64,000 nucleotides of DNA from Vermamoeba vermiformis (lineage: Eukaryota), in contig JBEWZL010000126.1 in the NCBI GenBank assembly GCA_045837725.1, positions 1-64,000 on the forward strand, written 5' to 3'. The position numbers were made by a program, and so were the translations under genes. Positions 11,811 to 24,570 of this stretch are shown one piece after another (the first letter of the stretch is position 1; the number at the start of each line of letters is the position of its first letter). The notes beneath the pieces are model-generated. The model did not search any database. It had not been told where the DNA came from and was given only the letters and a program-made list of their open reading frames with translations.

Positions 11811-13454
11811 TTACAGCAAACAACACCGGTATGAGCTCGGCAATGTTAATTTTGACACAACTGTAGTGATGCTAAGTGCTTCTAACTGCATTGGCTCAGC
11901 TGAGTTTGAAATCGCAAACGGATACAGATCCGTACTGCTAGATGTGACGTACGCAGTCGCTGATTGAAATGTCGCACCAGTCAAATTGAGTTTCACTTCT
12001 TTGGTTTTCAAAGTCGGATTAATCAGCACAACGACCAACTCGCCTGTCTTGTTCACGAATGCAGAGGACAACACATCAGATTGGTTTGACATCGCTGTCG
12101 ATACACGCACTGCGCTTGGGCGAATGAATCGGCTAAAGTTTCCAAGGGCCCACAACATTTTGCTCGCTTCAAAATTGCCATCCGTTTTGTTCTTGTCGAC
12201 GTAAATCAACCCGTCTTTGTAGTCATAGGCTGATATTGCTGTCCACCAATGCCACGCTGAGGCACTTGCATTGACGAGATCGTTGTGAATCACGCGTGCG
12301 AGGTAGATTGCAGGTTTGATGCCTAGATCGCGATGATTGCCATTGATTTCGCCATTATTATCGCCTAATATACAATACTCTGACTGCCACAGTCTCAAGC
12401 CATTCACTTGTTTTACTTTGTGATGCAGCTTTCTTCGCACTTGAACTGCTGCATTGTACGGCGATGTCGTGAAATAGCCGTGGCCCATGATGACTTGCTC
12501 GACTGAGGGCAAATCTCCAATGAACATTGGGCCAGGTGTGAAAAACGCATCGATTTGGTTGCCCCTGCGAGGCTTGCCGTGCGCTGAATATAAAAAGTTG
12601 TATTGGCCTGCTTCCACGATGGTGATTTTAGTAGGGATCTGCTCGCGTGTGATAGCCGCGTCGAGTGCGGTGACGATGCCTGTAATGTCTTCGTTCGTGA
12701 ACGGCGTGCCTTCTTGTCCACCACCCCAATCCCATTGCGGCTCATTCGCAGGACTAAGGTAATCGAACGTCACCCCAATTTTGTTCTTGACGCCCTTCAC
12801 GACATTCACCAAGTAGTCCGCAAACGCGTCGAAGTTCTCTGTTGCCAAATTCGGTTGACCTGCTGTCGCGAACGCTTTGCCATTTTTAGTTAAGCTAACG
12901 AGAGGGCTGTTGCAAAATGCCAAAAACTTCTCGACGCCGCGATCTTTGGCAGCCTTTAAGAACCACATTTGACCGGCCTGCAGGTCCCATTCATATTCGT
13001 CGTTCTTGCCGATGAATGACTCGGCTCTGCGCCACTCGTCAGTTATTCCGCTGTTGTCGCCTTGCTGCGCACTTCCAGCTCCAAGATTGAACCTCCATAA
13101 TGAGAGGCCGATGCCGCTAGGTTGGCCTATGGAAGTAGTCTCCAGGCTAAACAGTAAATCGGCCATGGCTGTTCTCTTGGCATCAGGCCAGTGACCAACG
13201 AATTGACACGACCAAGCGTCAGATGCGCCAAAATTCTCTATTGTTTGGTACTGCTTTGACAAGTCGATTGAAATTACAGTGCTATCTTGACCTTGATTGG
13301 TGCTCGTGTCGTCGGGGCCTAGTAATGCACAGGTTAATTGAGCGACAAGTGAATTTAATTTATTGCGAATCTGGATTTGGGTTGTAAATTTGTGTTTAAA
13401 GTAATTGAATACGAAATAATTACTTACTGATATTATCTTCATTATTAATAGCAT
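11811..13454 (-). CDS. Glycoside hydrolase family 30 (Glyco_hydro_30_2-like)
   Basis: QTIENFGASDAW, IGLSLWRFNLGAGS, acid/base SPANEPQW, nucleophile WQSEYC, and GNFSRFIRP. A short intron is likely near the 5' end. Confidence 0.88.
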   Translation of the reverse strand: MLLIMKIISVSNYFVFNYFKHKFTTQIQIRNKLNSLVAQLTCALLGPDDTSTNQGQDSTVISIDLSKQYQTIENFGASDAWSCQFVGHWPDAKRTAMADLLFSLETTSIGQPSGIGLSLWRFNLGAGSAQQGDNSGITDEWRRAESFIGKNDEYEWDLQAGQMWFLKAAKDRGVEKFLAFCNSPLVSLTKNGKAFATAGQPNLATENFDAFADYLVNVVKGVKNKIGVTFDYLSPANEPQWDWGGGQEGTPFTNEDITGIVTALDAAITREQIPTKITIVEAGQYNFLYSAHGKPRRGNQIDAFFTPGPMFIGDLPSVEQVIMGHGYFTTSPYNAAVQVRRKLHHKVKQVNGLRLWQSEYCILGDNNGEINGNHRDLGIKPAIYLARVIHNDLVNASASAWHWWTAISAYDYKDGLIYVDKNKTDGNFEASKMLWALGNFSRFIRPSAVRVSTAMSNQSDVLSSAFVNKTGELVVVLINPTLKTKEVKLNLTGATFQSATAYVTSSSTDLYPFAISNSAEPMQLEALSITTVVSKLTLPSSYRCCLL

Positions 13455-14361
13455 CTATATCTCCTTCGGCAAAAGCCTTTACTGCAGTCGCGTAGAAATT
13501 TTTTGCCTGTCAATTTTCAAATCGAAATTAATATAATTTAAATATATAAAATGGAGTTGGTTGAATAACGAGTATTGCACTTACATAGTGTAATAGATCG
13601 GTATTTATTCCGCTGCCGAACTTTTGCTGTCCTAAAAGCTCACTGCTCTCCATTATTGCTCGTCGTGCTTTCTGTTCCTTGTTAACACAGTGTTAGTTTT
13701 TTTAAAATAATTGTCACCGAGCAACAACGAAGACGGCAGATATTTTAAAGAAATTTAATCTACTTCTCCTTACACTGATTTAAATAAGATCAAGAAGTCT
13801 AATGCGTAATTTGTAAATTACTGTCAATAATTTCAATTATTACGAAGCAAATAATGATTTTAGGGACGAAACCTTCAAATCTCCGTAAAATAAACTGGCT
13901 ACAATGTAATTTGGAATATAATTATTTCTATCATTATTGGCAATACGTTTAATATTAGTTGTAATTAAAATCATTAAAATCTACCTCAGGATTTTATCTG
14001 GATGACAACCTCCGCACACATCTTAACTTCTCCTCAGTCAAGCAACCTAAAGCGCCAAATTATCGTAGATATTTTTTGAACCATGTTTGGCCCGTTTATC
14101 GTTGTTGTATCTTTTGTGCTACTCAGATTCTGACGATAAATGAAGAAGAAATGTTACCAGTCTCTTGTCTCCCTCGTGCAAAACCGCCAAGCTTTCACCC
14201 GTCGATTACTGATAGGAAGCGTTTGAAACTTGCGAGTTGCTTTGGTTAAAGACCCCAGACCAGACCGCTAAGTCGTCGATTTTTTTGATCAGTCATTGTT
14301 TTGTCTGTTTCGTATCGACCACAACCACAAAATATATATTAATTGATATTTTTATGTTAAC

Positions 14362-15601
14362 ATGGGCAACTCTATTAAGCCTAAAAACGCTGACCTCGAT
14401 AGGCGTGTGGCTGATAACATCCAAACCATGATCAGCAACACGTTGGGAGGATTGAACTTAAACGCATCCAATAAGTACGAAAAAATTCCCATTTCATATC
14501 CCGACAGTAGCGAGGAGTTGGACATGCTTCCACTCGAACTGTGGAACGAGATCTTGTTCCTGGTGGAAGATAAAACTCTAGCAAAAATAGTACCAGGCGT
14601 GTCAAGATTGCTATATCACTTTACTAGCGAAGATAGCGATATATGGAAGCGTAAATGCGCGTTCAAATTCAAAGACGAACCAAAACCTGAGCATCTCTCG
14701 TGGAAGAAATTTTATTGGGCCAGCGGTGAGTTATTATAAAAGATTTTTACGTGTTAATATTTATATAATTTATAAATTACATTTTTGTAATTAACTAATC
14801 GGTGGTTTGGAATTCCACTCTCAACGACAATTTGAAATTTTAAGATTTAATACGATCATCATAATAAATAACGTGTAATATACTAATACCAATCCTAGCA
14901 ACAAAGCTCTTCCCGTTGTTTAACTTTACCATCGGCAAAACATCACATCCCCAACTCTGCGCTGCTAAAGGTGCTCAAGCGCGCACCTCAGGCTCGTCGC
15001 GCTATGTAGAAGTTAACGAGGTCAACTTTTGGGTGCACAGCGATAACAATATGTTTACTTCAATGTACATTTGTCGCGGCATCTACATTATTCCTGCGTA
15101 CGTCCGTTCGCCTTTTAAAAACATTTACTACTAAATCAAATAATAATATTTTCCATGATAATTTAACTATACCCGTTCTCGAGTTATTCGTGGGCTAATT
15201 TTACGTTTAGAGAGTGGGAAGAGAAAGGTCTCACTTGGGACAAATCCTTTCACGAATACAAACAGTGGTGCAAAAAGACGTTTGGAAATTACAAAGTCAG
15301 CGAAGTGCCGCACAAAACTGAGTTTCAAGGCGAGATGTGTTTTACGGCCTCACTCGAGACGGTTGTTAGAGAGGCCTCAGACATCCTGTACATGATCAAA
15401 CTCGATTTCAACTTCACAGTCGGTACGTGCTGTTTATACCGACTACTCTTAGTGTCCTGCTCTAATGTGTATTTAGGCGACGAGAACACGAAAGACACGC
15501 TCTACAGCATCTCACTGTCATCGTACAATGATCTCAATCAGGAGAAACACGAGTTCGAGCGACGATTTGACGAGCGAAAAGGCGACGAGGGCCTTGAATA
15601 G
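14362..15601 (+). CDS. F-box protein, multi-exon
   Basis: LDMLPLELWNEILFLVEDKTLAKIVPGVSR..IWKRKC, with downstream exons bounded by GT/AG. Confidence 0.75.
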
Positions 15602-15715
15602 TGAACTTGCGTTCGTAAACGTAGCCACATCAACTCTGCTGTTGCCAACTTGAAGACCTGTGTGGCTTCAACCAAATGGAACGTACCCGCTTTATCTTGT
15701 ATAGATCAGGTTTAT

Positions 15716-16808
15716 TTACGGAAAACCAATAATATTGTAGGAACTAAACACAGCTGGAGCGATACCCTCACCTTGATTTCCGTCATAAGCTGGAATGTAT
15801 AAAATATTACCACTGTCGACAAATGCTTTGACTTGAATCACGTGATTGCCCGGAGATACATTGGGAACAATACCATACCTACAATTACAAATTAATATCA
15901 GAAAGAGAAAGCATTAGTTACTTACAATTGAAGAGGGTACAAAAAGAACGCATTTTGACTTAAAATTGTAGCATCACATATTGGGTTGCCGTCAAACACA
16001 AGCTGAACTCTTGATCTTTTTCCTAACGGTAACCGTTAAATTTGGCCCATTACAGAAGTAAGTTCTTACCAGCAACGTTATTGCCTGTATACGATACATA
16101 CAATGTAATTTGAAGAAGAGAAAAATTACGAGGGACATTAAGGAATAGCTCGTACGGTTGTACTACTGCCCAGCTTGTTGAAGAAACGGGATTGCCTGCT
16201 GTATATGTGAAGGTCTTCGAATATGACCACACAGAAGGTAATTGAACAGTGTTGCCGTTGCTGATAGACATTTGATTGTTATTGTTATTGACTGATAAAG
16301 TTTGAATTTCGTTTGTTGCAGACGCATCTGGCAGAGCAATACTACCGCCACCATTCGAGAGCGAAATTGTGTCCGAAGTGAGTGACATGACTTGAATTTC
16401 GTTTGTAGGACTATTATCAGGAATATTAACGCTGTTTCCTTCAGAGATAGACAATTGTCCTGACGGATCGAGGTTCAGAGTTTGGATTTCGTTTGTGGAT
16501 GAGGCATCTGGAATCTGAATTGAATTGCCGTTGCTGATTGACAAAGTACCGTCATTTGCTATTGACAGAGTTTGTTTCGCGGCACTTATTTCGTTGCAAA
16601 TATTAACTCCTCCGCAAGTTTTAACATCCGTTGCAGAATTGATCGTCAAATAGTCCTCGCCCGCACTATTTCGAACAGAAAATTGACGAGAATCGCAAGT
16701 CTGACCTACAATAGAGTATTACGATTACGGAACGGCTAAAATCGGTTTCTTACCGAAAGAACCGATGGCGAAATGAAGCAGAGTAAGTGCTAATATAAAA
16801 TTTTGCAT
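15716..16808 (-). CDS. Secreted protein with tandem (I/L)PDxSxTNEIQxL repeats and a C-terminal beta-rich domain
   Basis: Signal peptide MQNFILALTLLHFAIGSF and 3-4 repeats in the 16050-16649 ORF. The last exon (YGIVPNVSPGNHVIQVKAFVDSG..GFP*) is followed by AATAAA. Confidence 0.75.
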
Positions 16809-18233
16809 TAATATGAGGCGTTCAAAGTCAATTATTAATGAATAAGATGTTTTTTCTCGTTGCGATTTAAAAACAAAGCCAATTCGCTTTTTGGTGAACA
16901 CTGACGTACATCAACCAATTAGTGTTTGGACAGAACTGAATTGATTGAATCGAAGAAGAAAATTTTGTGTATAACACGGATTACTCACGGATAATGTCTT
17001 GCAATTATTAACTTCAATGCTTTCAAAAATAGCAGGCCTCGAGGAATGCAGGCAAGTACAATCTATACTACCGCTCTGCTAACTTGAACACAACGTTTTG
17101 AATGATGCAAAACCTAAACAAGTGGTTAATACAATTGTAAAGTTTGGTTTTTGCTTACAAATGCAGAAAGCAATGCATTAAACAGCTGAATACGGGATCG
17201 TGCTAGACTGGGTGCCAACTCGAATGTCCAAGTTGTAGCGGTGACAACAATAGAGCTAGAGCCAGAGCTCGTGCAAGTGAAAAGCGAATTGGAGATAAAA
17301 ATCAGATCTGAACACGTGGTACCATACTTGATCAGATTTTAAATTTTTGCAAAATGCGTTTGTATAACTAACAATCGCTGCAGCAATTCGCTTTTTGGTG
17401 ATAAGGTAATTTAAAAAACGAATTTCGTTATTATTTATATTTAAATCCACCAAAACGAGTTTATAGTTTATGCCATTGCCATAATGTAATTCGCTCAATG
17501 AATTATCTTTACCTTATTTAAATTAATGCAAACAGTACACGCTAATCCTCGGAGAAGTTTTTCATGATCGTACGAAACGGATCGTACGCTGGTCAGTGCT
17601 GCGAGAAAATGAGCAGCCATTAACTTGTTGTAAAATAATAAAGAGGTTCTTGTGTTGCGCTTGTTGAAGCATTTTAAATACGATTAAAAAACTTTTTAAT
17701 CGCCTAAACAATATTTTCTAACCGCGATCGCGCACGCTTATACGGCCGCTAATACATCTCATGCACGCCTTCTCTATATTACATTGGTACTATTCAGGGT
17801 AAAAACCTTTTCACATAAGCACGAGGGGGAAGATTATTTGAGTTCGACGTCCAGATCAATTAATTTTTGCTATCCTGCAGTCAACAACAACTGAGTACTT
17901 AGTATATCATGAAAATAATATGTTGACAGAATATTATTGTACAAAAGGGACCCGCCAAAGTATAACAATGGAGTAAGAATCAAATCTTGGTGACGAAACT
18001 TCAACGCGCTACTTCGACCGTAATTGACTTCAATTATTGGTAATTGTAAGTTACGGATTTTTAAATTAGTGATGGATTTTTCTGAATTTATCTGATAATT
18101 ATTAGTAGTATTAATTTGCTCCCACAGATGCAATTGTCGATTCAACGTCCTAGATATCCTGATACCTTGGTTTCAATTTATTAATAATTACTACTGTGTT
18201 TTGTACGAACTTGCAAAAGGAAATTTCTGCTGC

Positions 18234-18703
18234 TTAATGGTACGTCGGTGGGTAACCAGAATATTGCATTGGATTATACGGCTGAACATTTGTTTGCTGA
18301 ACAACGACGTTATTTTGCGGCGGATATTGATACTGTTGCTGATATGGCATTGTTTGAATAGGAATGCCCATTGGGATCGTGTTCATCATTGGCGGCTGAT
18401 TTTGCACGTAAGTCACTGTAGTGGTCATCGGCGCTGAAACGGGGACTTGTGGTTGTGGCGTGGTCTGGATCTGGTTCAAATTCGAATTAAAAAGTCAATT
18501 CGTCTCCAAAAATCATACTGACCGTTGGATTTGGTCGATTAGGATCGTATTCTTTCCAATTTCCTTCCTTAAGAGCTCCTTTACACTCTTTACAATATGA
18601 TGATTGCAATGACCCCTGATCGAACTTTCTTTCTATAACAAACGCGATCAGATCATCGAAGAGAACGAAAGAATAGCTTACTGCATGCTTGACACCTCGG
18701 CAT
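18234..18703 (-). CDS. Small zinc-ribbon (CxxC..CxxC) protein with P/Q-rich tail, 3 exons
   Basis: Spliced translation MPRCQACKRKFDQGSLQSSYCKECKG..., then a Q/P/Y-rich last exon. Confidence 0.65.
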
Positions 18704-18915
18704 TATGAAATATTGGTACAATCGGTGTTGGTATGTTTATTTACAATAATGGATTGATTTCAAAAAGCGAATTGGAGATGCAATCTTTCGCCGGATTATT
18801 TAATTTTTCCTTTGCACAGCACGTGACCAATTCGCCTTGAAACTGCAATACTTGAAAATGTCAATAGCCAAGGCGAATTATGGGTTATTTACCACAATCA
18901 AGCAACTGCGTTACA

Positions 18916-19369
18916 ATGAAGACCGACATAATTATATTACTCGTATTGACTTGCGTGGCCAGCACGTTTTGTACGGTTAATTATCATGCTTTTATTCTGA
19001 TCTAACAGCGAACAATAGGTGCCGGTATTACGGTCTGTGGAGGCTCAAATATCGTATTTCCTTGTGAAAATGGAGGTGCGTGCGCATCCGGCTGGACATT
19101 TATGCAGTGTGGCTCGACAAATGGAACAATGGAAGTGATTCAACCTGAGGGGTCTTGCGGTGCGTATTTAATATTGCATTATTACGATTACTATAGTATT
19201 TATTAAATTAGGCTTAACCTTGCAGCAACAAACTACCGTTGGTGCAGCAGTTGGTGCTGCTGGCGCGGCTGCTTTGGCAATTGGTTTGGGCGTTGGACTC
19301 GGTCTAGGACTGCAACGAACTCGCTTAAAGAATGCCAAAAAGGAAATGGAACTCCTCTCGCGGACTTAA
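18916..19369 (+). CDS. Small single-pass membrane protein with Cys-rich ectodomain (absent from the ORF track)
   Basis: Signal peptide MKTDIIILLVLTCVAS, Cys exon (VCGGS..PCENGGACASGW..QC..SC), and TM VGAAVGAAGAAALAIGLGVGLGLGL followed by a basic tail. Confidence 0.65.
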
Positions 19370-19462
19370 CGTTGTTATTATTGATAAAGAGCTACAACTA
19401 AAACTAGAGTTTGAAAACGAGTGTTTATTCAGCAAGAATTGAAGTACAAGGGAATAAATAGG

Positions 19463-20905
19463 TTAAAAAGTCATCGAGGAAGGAGCACTGCTGGGCTGGA
19501 GCATCGCGCCAATCTCTTTCATTGAGGGATCGGCCGGATCCTTGCGCCAACATTTCTGCATGATCTCTCGCAATAGGTCGGGGCAGTCGCTTGGAATTTC
19601 AGGCGTTAATCCTTCGTTGATGATGCGCACTGCCAATGCATGGTCTTCGCGTCGATCATGATCGTGGTGAGGAGGTTTGCCAGTCAAGAGTTCTAATTTC
19701 AATTTAATACCGCTACAAGAACTCTTTAACGCCAAACTTACCATAAACAACCATGCCAAAGCTCCATACGTCTGATTTTGTAGAAAATTCGGTTACTTGA
19801 ATGCCGGAGTCCTTTCTTTTCACAGAAAGCACTTCCGGAGCCATCCAGGGAATAGGCATCGCCTTGACGACTGTTTCAGAATTGCCTGTGGTATTTTTTT
19901 GACTTCCTGACATTCCAAAGTCACTAATCTTGCACACGCCCTTATTCAACAAAATGTTGCGGGCACCCAGATCTCGATGGACGATGTTTGCGTTGTGTAA
20001 GTGATGAAGACCCAGAGCAATGGCATGAAGCATACTGTTCATTGCTTTAGAGTCAACTGGGCCGTGATTTTTGCGATACTCTTCGAGACTGCCGTCGGGA
20101 CAGTATTCGAGGACAATAATTGGTGATTTCGTGTTCTTATCGTGCGAATAACCGTACAACTGCATAAATGAGTGAGAAAATGGCAATTAATCGGCGAAAA
20201 ATTAAATTACCTGAATAATGTTTGGATGCGGCTTGATCTTGGCCATAATTTTGATTTCTAAATGTGCGTTAGGATTTTAATAATTAGCAAATTACTCCGA
20301 CGGTACCTCGTTTGAATTCTTCTGGAGGCATTGTCGTGGCGTATTTAAGAGCAACAGTGGCTCCATTATACAGACCGAGATAGACCTTGCCTAAATAAGA
20401 AGAATTCGTTTGCGGGATCACGTGCAATTTCCAAATTACCGAAAGATCCTTGACCAATCTCGCGGTCAATCTGAATCTCGTCAGGAGATATTTCCGATGC
20501 GCCCGGAATCAGTGCCGTTGTGTTGCCTTGCACAAAGTGGATCGGCGTAGAATTTAAAACAATTTTGTCTACCAGCTTTCCAACTTCTTTGCTTCCTCTA
20601 TATTGTTGTCCACCAAACTTGCACTTGCGTAATACCTCCGCCATTTTTATAATAGCTTTAGCAGCGGGTTTGAATTTTGCGCGGTAATCTTCGCTGCGCT
20701 CAAAATGCACTTTGTATTCGTCCCAGTGTTCTTTTATATCTTCAACGCGGCTAAATATTCCTTCTAACACCTCAGCCGTTGATTTCTCGTCAAATAGCTT
20801 GTATTTTTTGACGATCTTCGTAACAGCTTCGCATTTCTCGCGGATGTAGTCGACGGCCGCAAGAGACTCTTTAAGAGCCTTCTCCATCTTCGCTGTGGTG
20901 CTCAT
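19463..20905 (-). CDS. Tyrosine-kinase-like protein kinase with an N-terminal helical domain
   Basis: GQGSFG, VALK, HRDLGARN, DFG, PIPWMAPE and SDVWSFG, spread across short introns. Confidence 0.9.
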
Positions 20906-21040
20906 ATTTTGCGTTGGTTGTAGAATGAGATAAATTAGTTTGCGAATTGATGTTTTTGAAACGGAATCACAAAACGAAAGGCGAATTGGATTAAAACTAT
21001 TAATTGAATCAAGTTTATTGCTATTGTTCGGTTATTATAA

Positions 21041-21931
21041 TTACATGGGTGAGCCGCAACCGCTGCAGAAGTTACCAGCACCTTGCGCGCCGCATTTGGT
21101 GCAGAATTTTACGACAGGTGCAGCTGGTTGTTGTTGAACTTGACGTGTTCCGCAACCTGAGCAAAATGCTGCGCCATGAGCAAGCGGGATGCGACACGAG
21201 ATGCAGGCATTGTTTGTAGTCATCATGGGGTTCGTAGCCATCATTGGCTGCATGTTTGGCATCGGTGTTGGGACCTGCATGCTCGGGTTTGAGAAAGCCA
21301 TGTTTGGATTTGAATGTGCCATCGGTAATTGAGGTGAAGATGGCTCCTTGCGCTTGACATTAACGACGTCGTTTTGGACATAATTGACAGTCTTGGTTCG
21401 CTCAACACGGGCCGTGTCGCTAACGTTGAGTGTAATTGACTTCTTTCCTCCTTTAATCGTAATCATGCCCTTGAGTTTTTTGGCCATTTCCTTCAACCGG
21501 CTAGATCCGCTGTAGGATTTCGCTCCAGATTTGATTTTCTTCATTGTGGACATCAACTTCAGAGTCTTTTCGGCGCACGATTGCTGAAGGTTCAAAAACT
21601 CTGCCTCAGCGGCAAGCATCTCGCCATAACTTCGGTACTCGACGAAATATTCTTCCCATTTAGCAAGCAGATCGTATAAAATTTGGATCATTTGGGTGAC
21701 GTTCATGTCCTTGTTGCTGTAAATTGATCGATTAAATTCTTCGCATTTCTCCACGATCCATTTCATATGAGTGTGCATGGGCTCGGGAATAACGCTGCCA
21801 GGGACGGGTTGACCAGGAGTAACTACTTGCTGGGCATAATTTTGTTGTTGGAAGACGCCGGGACTAGCGACGCCAGGATTGTAGCCAGTATTAATGGCGC
21901 CAGGAGGAAGAGTGTACACTGGTTGAGACAT
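21041..21931 (-). CDS. Helical-domain protein with C-terminal double zinc ribbon
   Basis: Intronless 296-aa ORF with CISC..FCSGCG and FCTKCG..FCSGCG. The central domain resembles the N-terminus of the adjacent kinase. Confidence 0.8.
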   Translation of the reverse strand: MSQPVYTLPPGAINTGYNPGVASPGVFQQQNYAQQVVTPGQPVPGSVIPEPMHTHMKWIVEKCEEFNRSIYSNKDMNVTQMIQILYDLLAKWEEYFVEYRSYGEMLAAEAEFLNLQQSCAEKTLKLMSTMKKIKSGAKSYSGSSRLKEMAKKLKGMITIKGGKKSITLNVSDTARVERTKTVNYVQNDVVNVKRKEPSSPQLPMAHSNPNMAFSNPSMQVPTPMPNMQPMMATNPMMTTNNACISCRIPLAHGAAFCSGCGTRQVQQQPAAPVVKFCTKCGAQGAGNFCSGCGSPM

Positions 21932-22921
21932 GATGAAGGGAGTGGATGTCGCGCAACTTGTTTCAGAATTGAAAAATGAATGGCGGAATTGATAAACCTA
22001 CAATTTAATCCATTAGCACGTGTATTTGCGTTTCTGAAAGTGTCAGTCATCTCCGGAGATACAAATTAACCTCCAATTCGCTTTTTGTATAAGAGTTGCG
22101 GCGAATTGCCCGATTTTACGGCGCGCATGAAACGTTGGTTTAACGAAAAGAAAACGATACAGCTCCATACTATTAATACGTGGATGGTCATTACCTACGC
22201 TTTCTACTGGACTTACTTGCGTGGATGAGGATCTTCACCAGATGCTCCCGCCGGCAAGTTGTTCTCGGTGAGCCATTCGTTCAACTTTCAATGCTCCACT
22301 TTAATACATGCGGACGACCAACCAAGAGTTTTCTAATTTACTGCGGTGAAAATTGATTATTTATATCAAATAAGGTATTAAGCAAGTTGCAACATCCTCT
22401 ATTTAATTTATCAGAATAACCGTTGCTTCCCAAATATAGATAATATAATTTTATTTTAAAATTATTCTCGATTTCAGTAACTAATAAATCCTGGTTTAAA
22501 CAATAATTACCTGCATCTGGTTGTTTTAAAACAAAGAAATTACAATTTCAGGAAGAACTTCATCGATATTCTTGCGCTGCCCTTCGAGTTCTTTTTTTCA
22601 AAACTAATGTGCACCTTTTTGTTTTCTTGTTGCGTTTGGAATAAACTAGACAAAACAATTTGCGCAATGATAAGACGACATTATCTTGGTATGGTACAGT
22701 CTCGACGGAGGAAAAAACTTCAATAAGGTTCTGCAGATCTCTAAGTTTCGAAACTCCGGCGGTCAATTTATATACCAAATGAAGTAATTGATTTTTACCG
22801 CACGTGTGCCTTTACTTTCTACGCGTTGCAGCGAACACAATAAGGCTTCGTTGCTCCAGGAGTTTGTCTTCGGCGTGCTGATAAGTTCTTGTCGATCCAT
22901 GAGAAGCCTGACATGAGGATT

Positions 22922-24014
22922 TTAAGCAGCTTCATGGTGACGATCCTTGTAGGGTTCAGATCCCTCAGCAACACTCTTCTCGACACGCTCTTTCTCAGGG
23001 TGCAGTATCCAAGTCACTGCTACGGCAATAAGAGCACCAGAGAACTCTCCGACTGGGTAGATCCAGCCGTAAGTCCATTCGCCGGATATTACGAAGGCTC
23101 CGAATGCAATGGCTGGATTCAATACCGCACCGCTTAACGGTCCTATTATACCATTAGTATAATATTATATTGTAATATCTCTCTTACCGGTAAATAACAA
23201 GGACGTGGCGACCCATCCGCCCACCGAGAAAGCTGTTCCCGTGCCAATGAGCTGATACCTTGTAGCAGTGCCCAAAATGTTTAAAATGTGCACGAAAGTT
23301 AGTAGTATTTCGACGTAGAGGGCTGTAGTCCATCCGTAGTGCGCCAGAGGTCTACCGCGATGATCATTCTGTGCAAGCAAAGAAAAAAATTAATCACGAG
23401 TCAAATGCGATAATAGATTACCTCTGGGTTATCAGGAAATATTCCGCGAATAATAGCAGCACCTGGATCGCAAAGGATTAGACCATTAGAATAATAATTT
23501 AGGTACTCGTACCAGCAATTGCGCCTCCTAGCTGAACAACCCAATAAGATAGCAATTTCGCCCATGGATACACTGATCGCAAGCAGAATGATAACGATAC
23601 TAACGCAAAGATTAGTTTCACTCGAAATTTTTGAAAAAATTACACGAGTACCTGCAGGATTGAAATGCGCGCCACTAATGCCACCAAAATTAAGAATCAT
23701 GATCGATAATATTAATCCGTTTGCTAGGGCTCGACCCGTCAAGGTTACTCTATCATAGAACAACTCAGTATTTTCTAACTGGAATTAAGTTCAGTATACT
23801 TGTCGTAAGCTGGCGTATCAACCGTTAGATGACCCATAACAGCTCCGCCAATACCTACAACAGCTAATAGTGCCTAAGAATTATTAATAATTAATTTCAA
23901 TTGTCTTGCATTACTTACAGTTCCGATAAACTCGGCCAAATGACTTCTGATCAGAGAGTAAAGGGATTCTTTGCCTAATTTTATGCTCTCGAGCTTTCTA
24001 AATACAGCACCCAT
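22922..24014 (-). CDS. Aquaporin / MIP-family channel, multi-exon
   Basis: LAEFIGT, GISGAHFNPA, a second LNPAIAFG, and WIYPVG. Confidence 0.9.
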
Positions 24015-24570
24015 GTTTGTTTAATTAAAAAACTCTTTGTTGAATTGATATTTTTAAGCTATTTTCCGGATTCTTCGGGTATTTCAGCCATATTTTGACT
24101 AATTTTATGGTGCACAACGAAAAGATGTTGCGCGTGATTGTTTTGCAGAACAAGAATCGACGAGGTTACCTTTTCGATCAACTTTGCAATTTTCTAGTAC
24201 ATCTGCTGGCAAGGCAGCTAACGTCAGTTATGAATATTTGATAATACAACATCGTTGTAATAACAGGAATATTTTGGAAATATTTTGAGGCAACAGGCTG
24301 TTTTTAAAGAAACTAAATGTTTTTAAAATCTAGATTAGATTTTGAAGTTGCATTACGTGCACAGCTGCAGTAAGTCTACCATTAATTTCGATTAACTTAT
24401 TTAAGTCTTATAAGAATAGGCCAATAAACAGGTCAAGGGGCCTCCCGTAGAAACGTGTAAAAACGAATTTTTCTGGCCAAATATTTCTTCGGACAGGACC
24501 TATAAATAAACACACACATCGCCCATAATGGCAACCACAACGGAGCCCTTTATATATTATTTATATATAA

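Noticed and set aside
22215-22335. SAM-like exon fragment on the minus strand (KWSIE-LNEWLTENNLP)
   Set aside because: It needs a frameshift and no full gene could be assembled.
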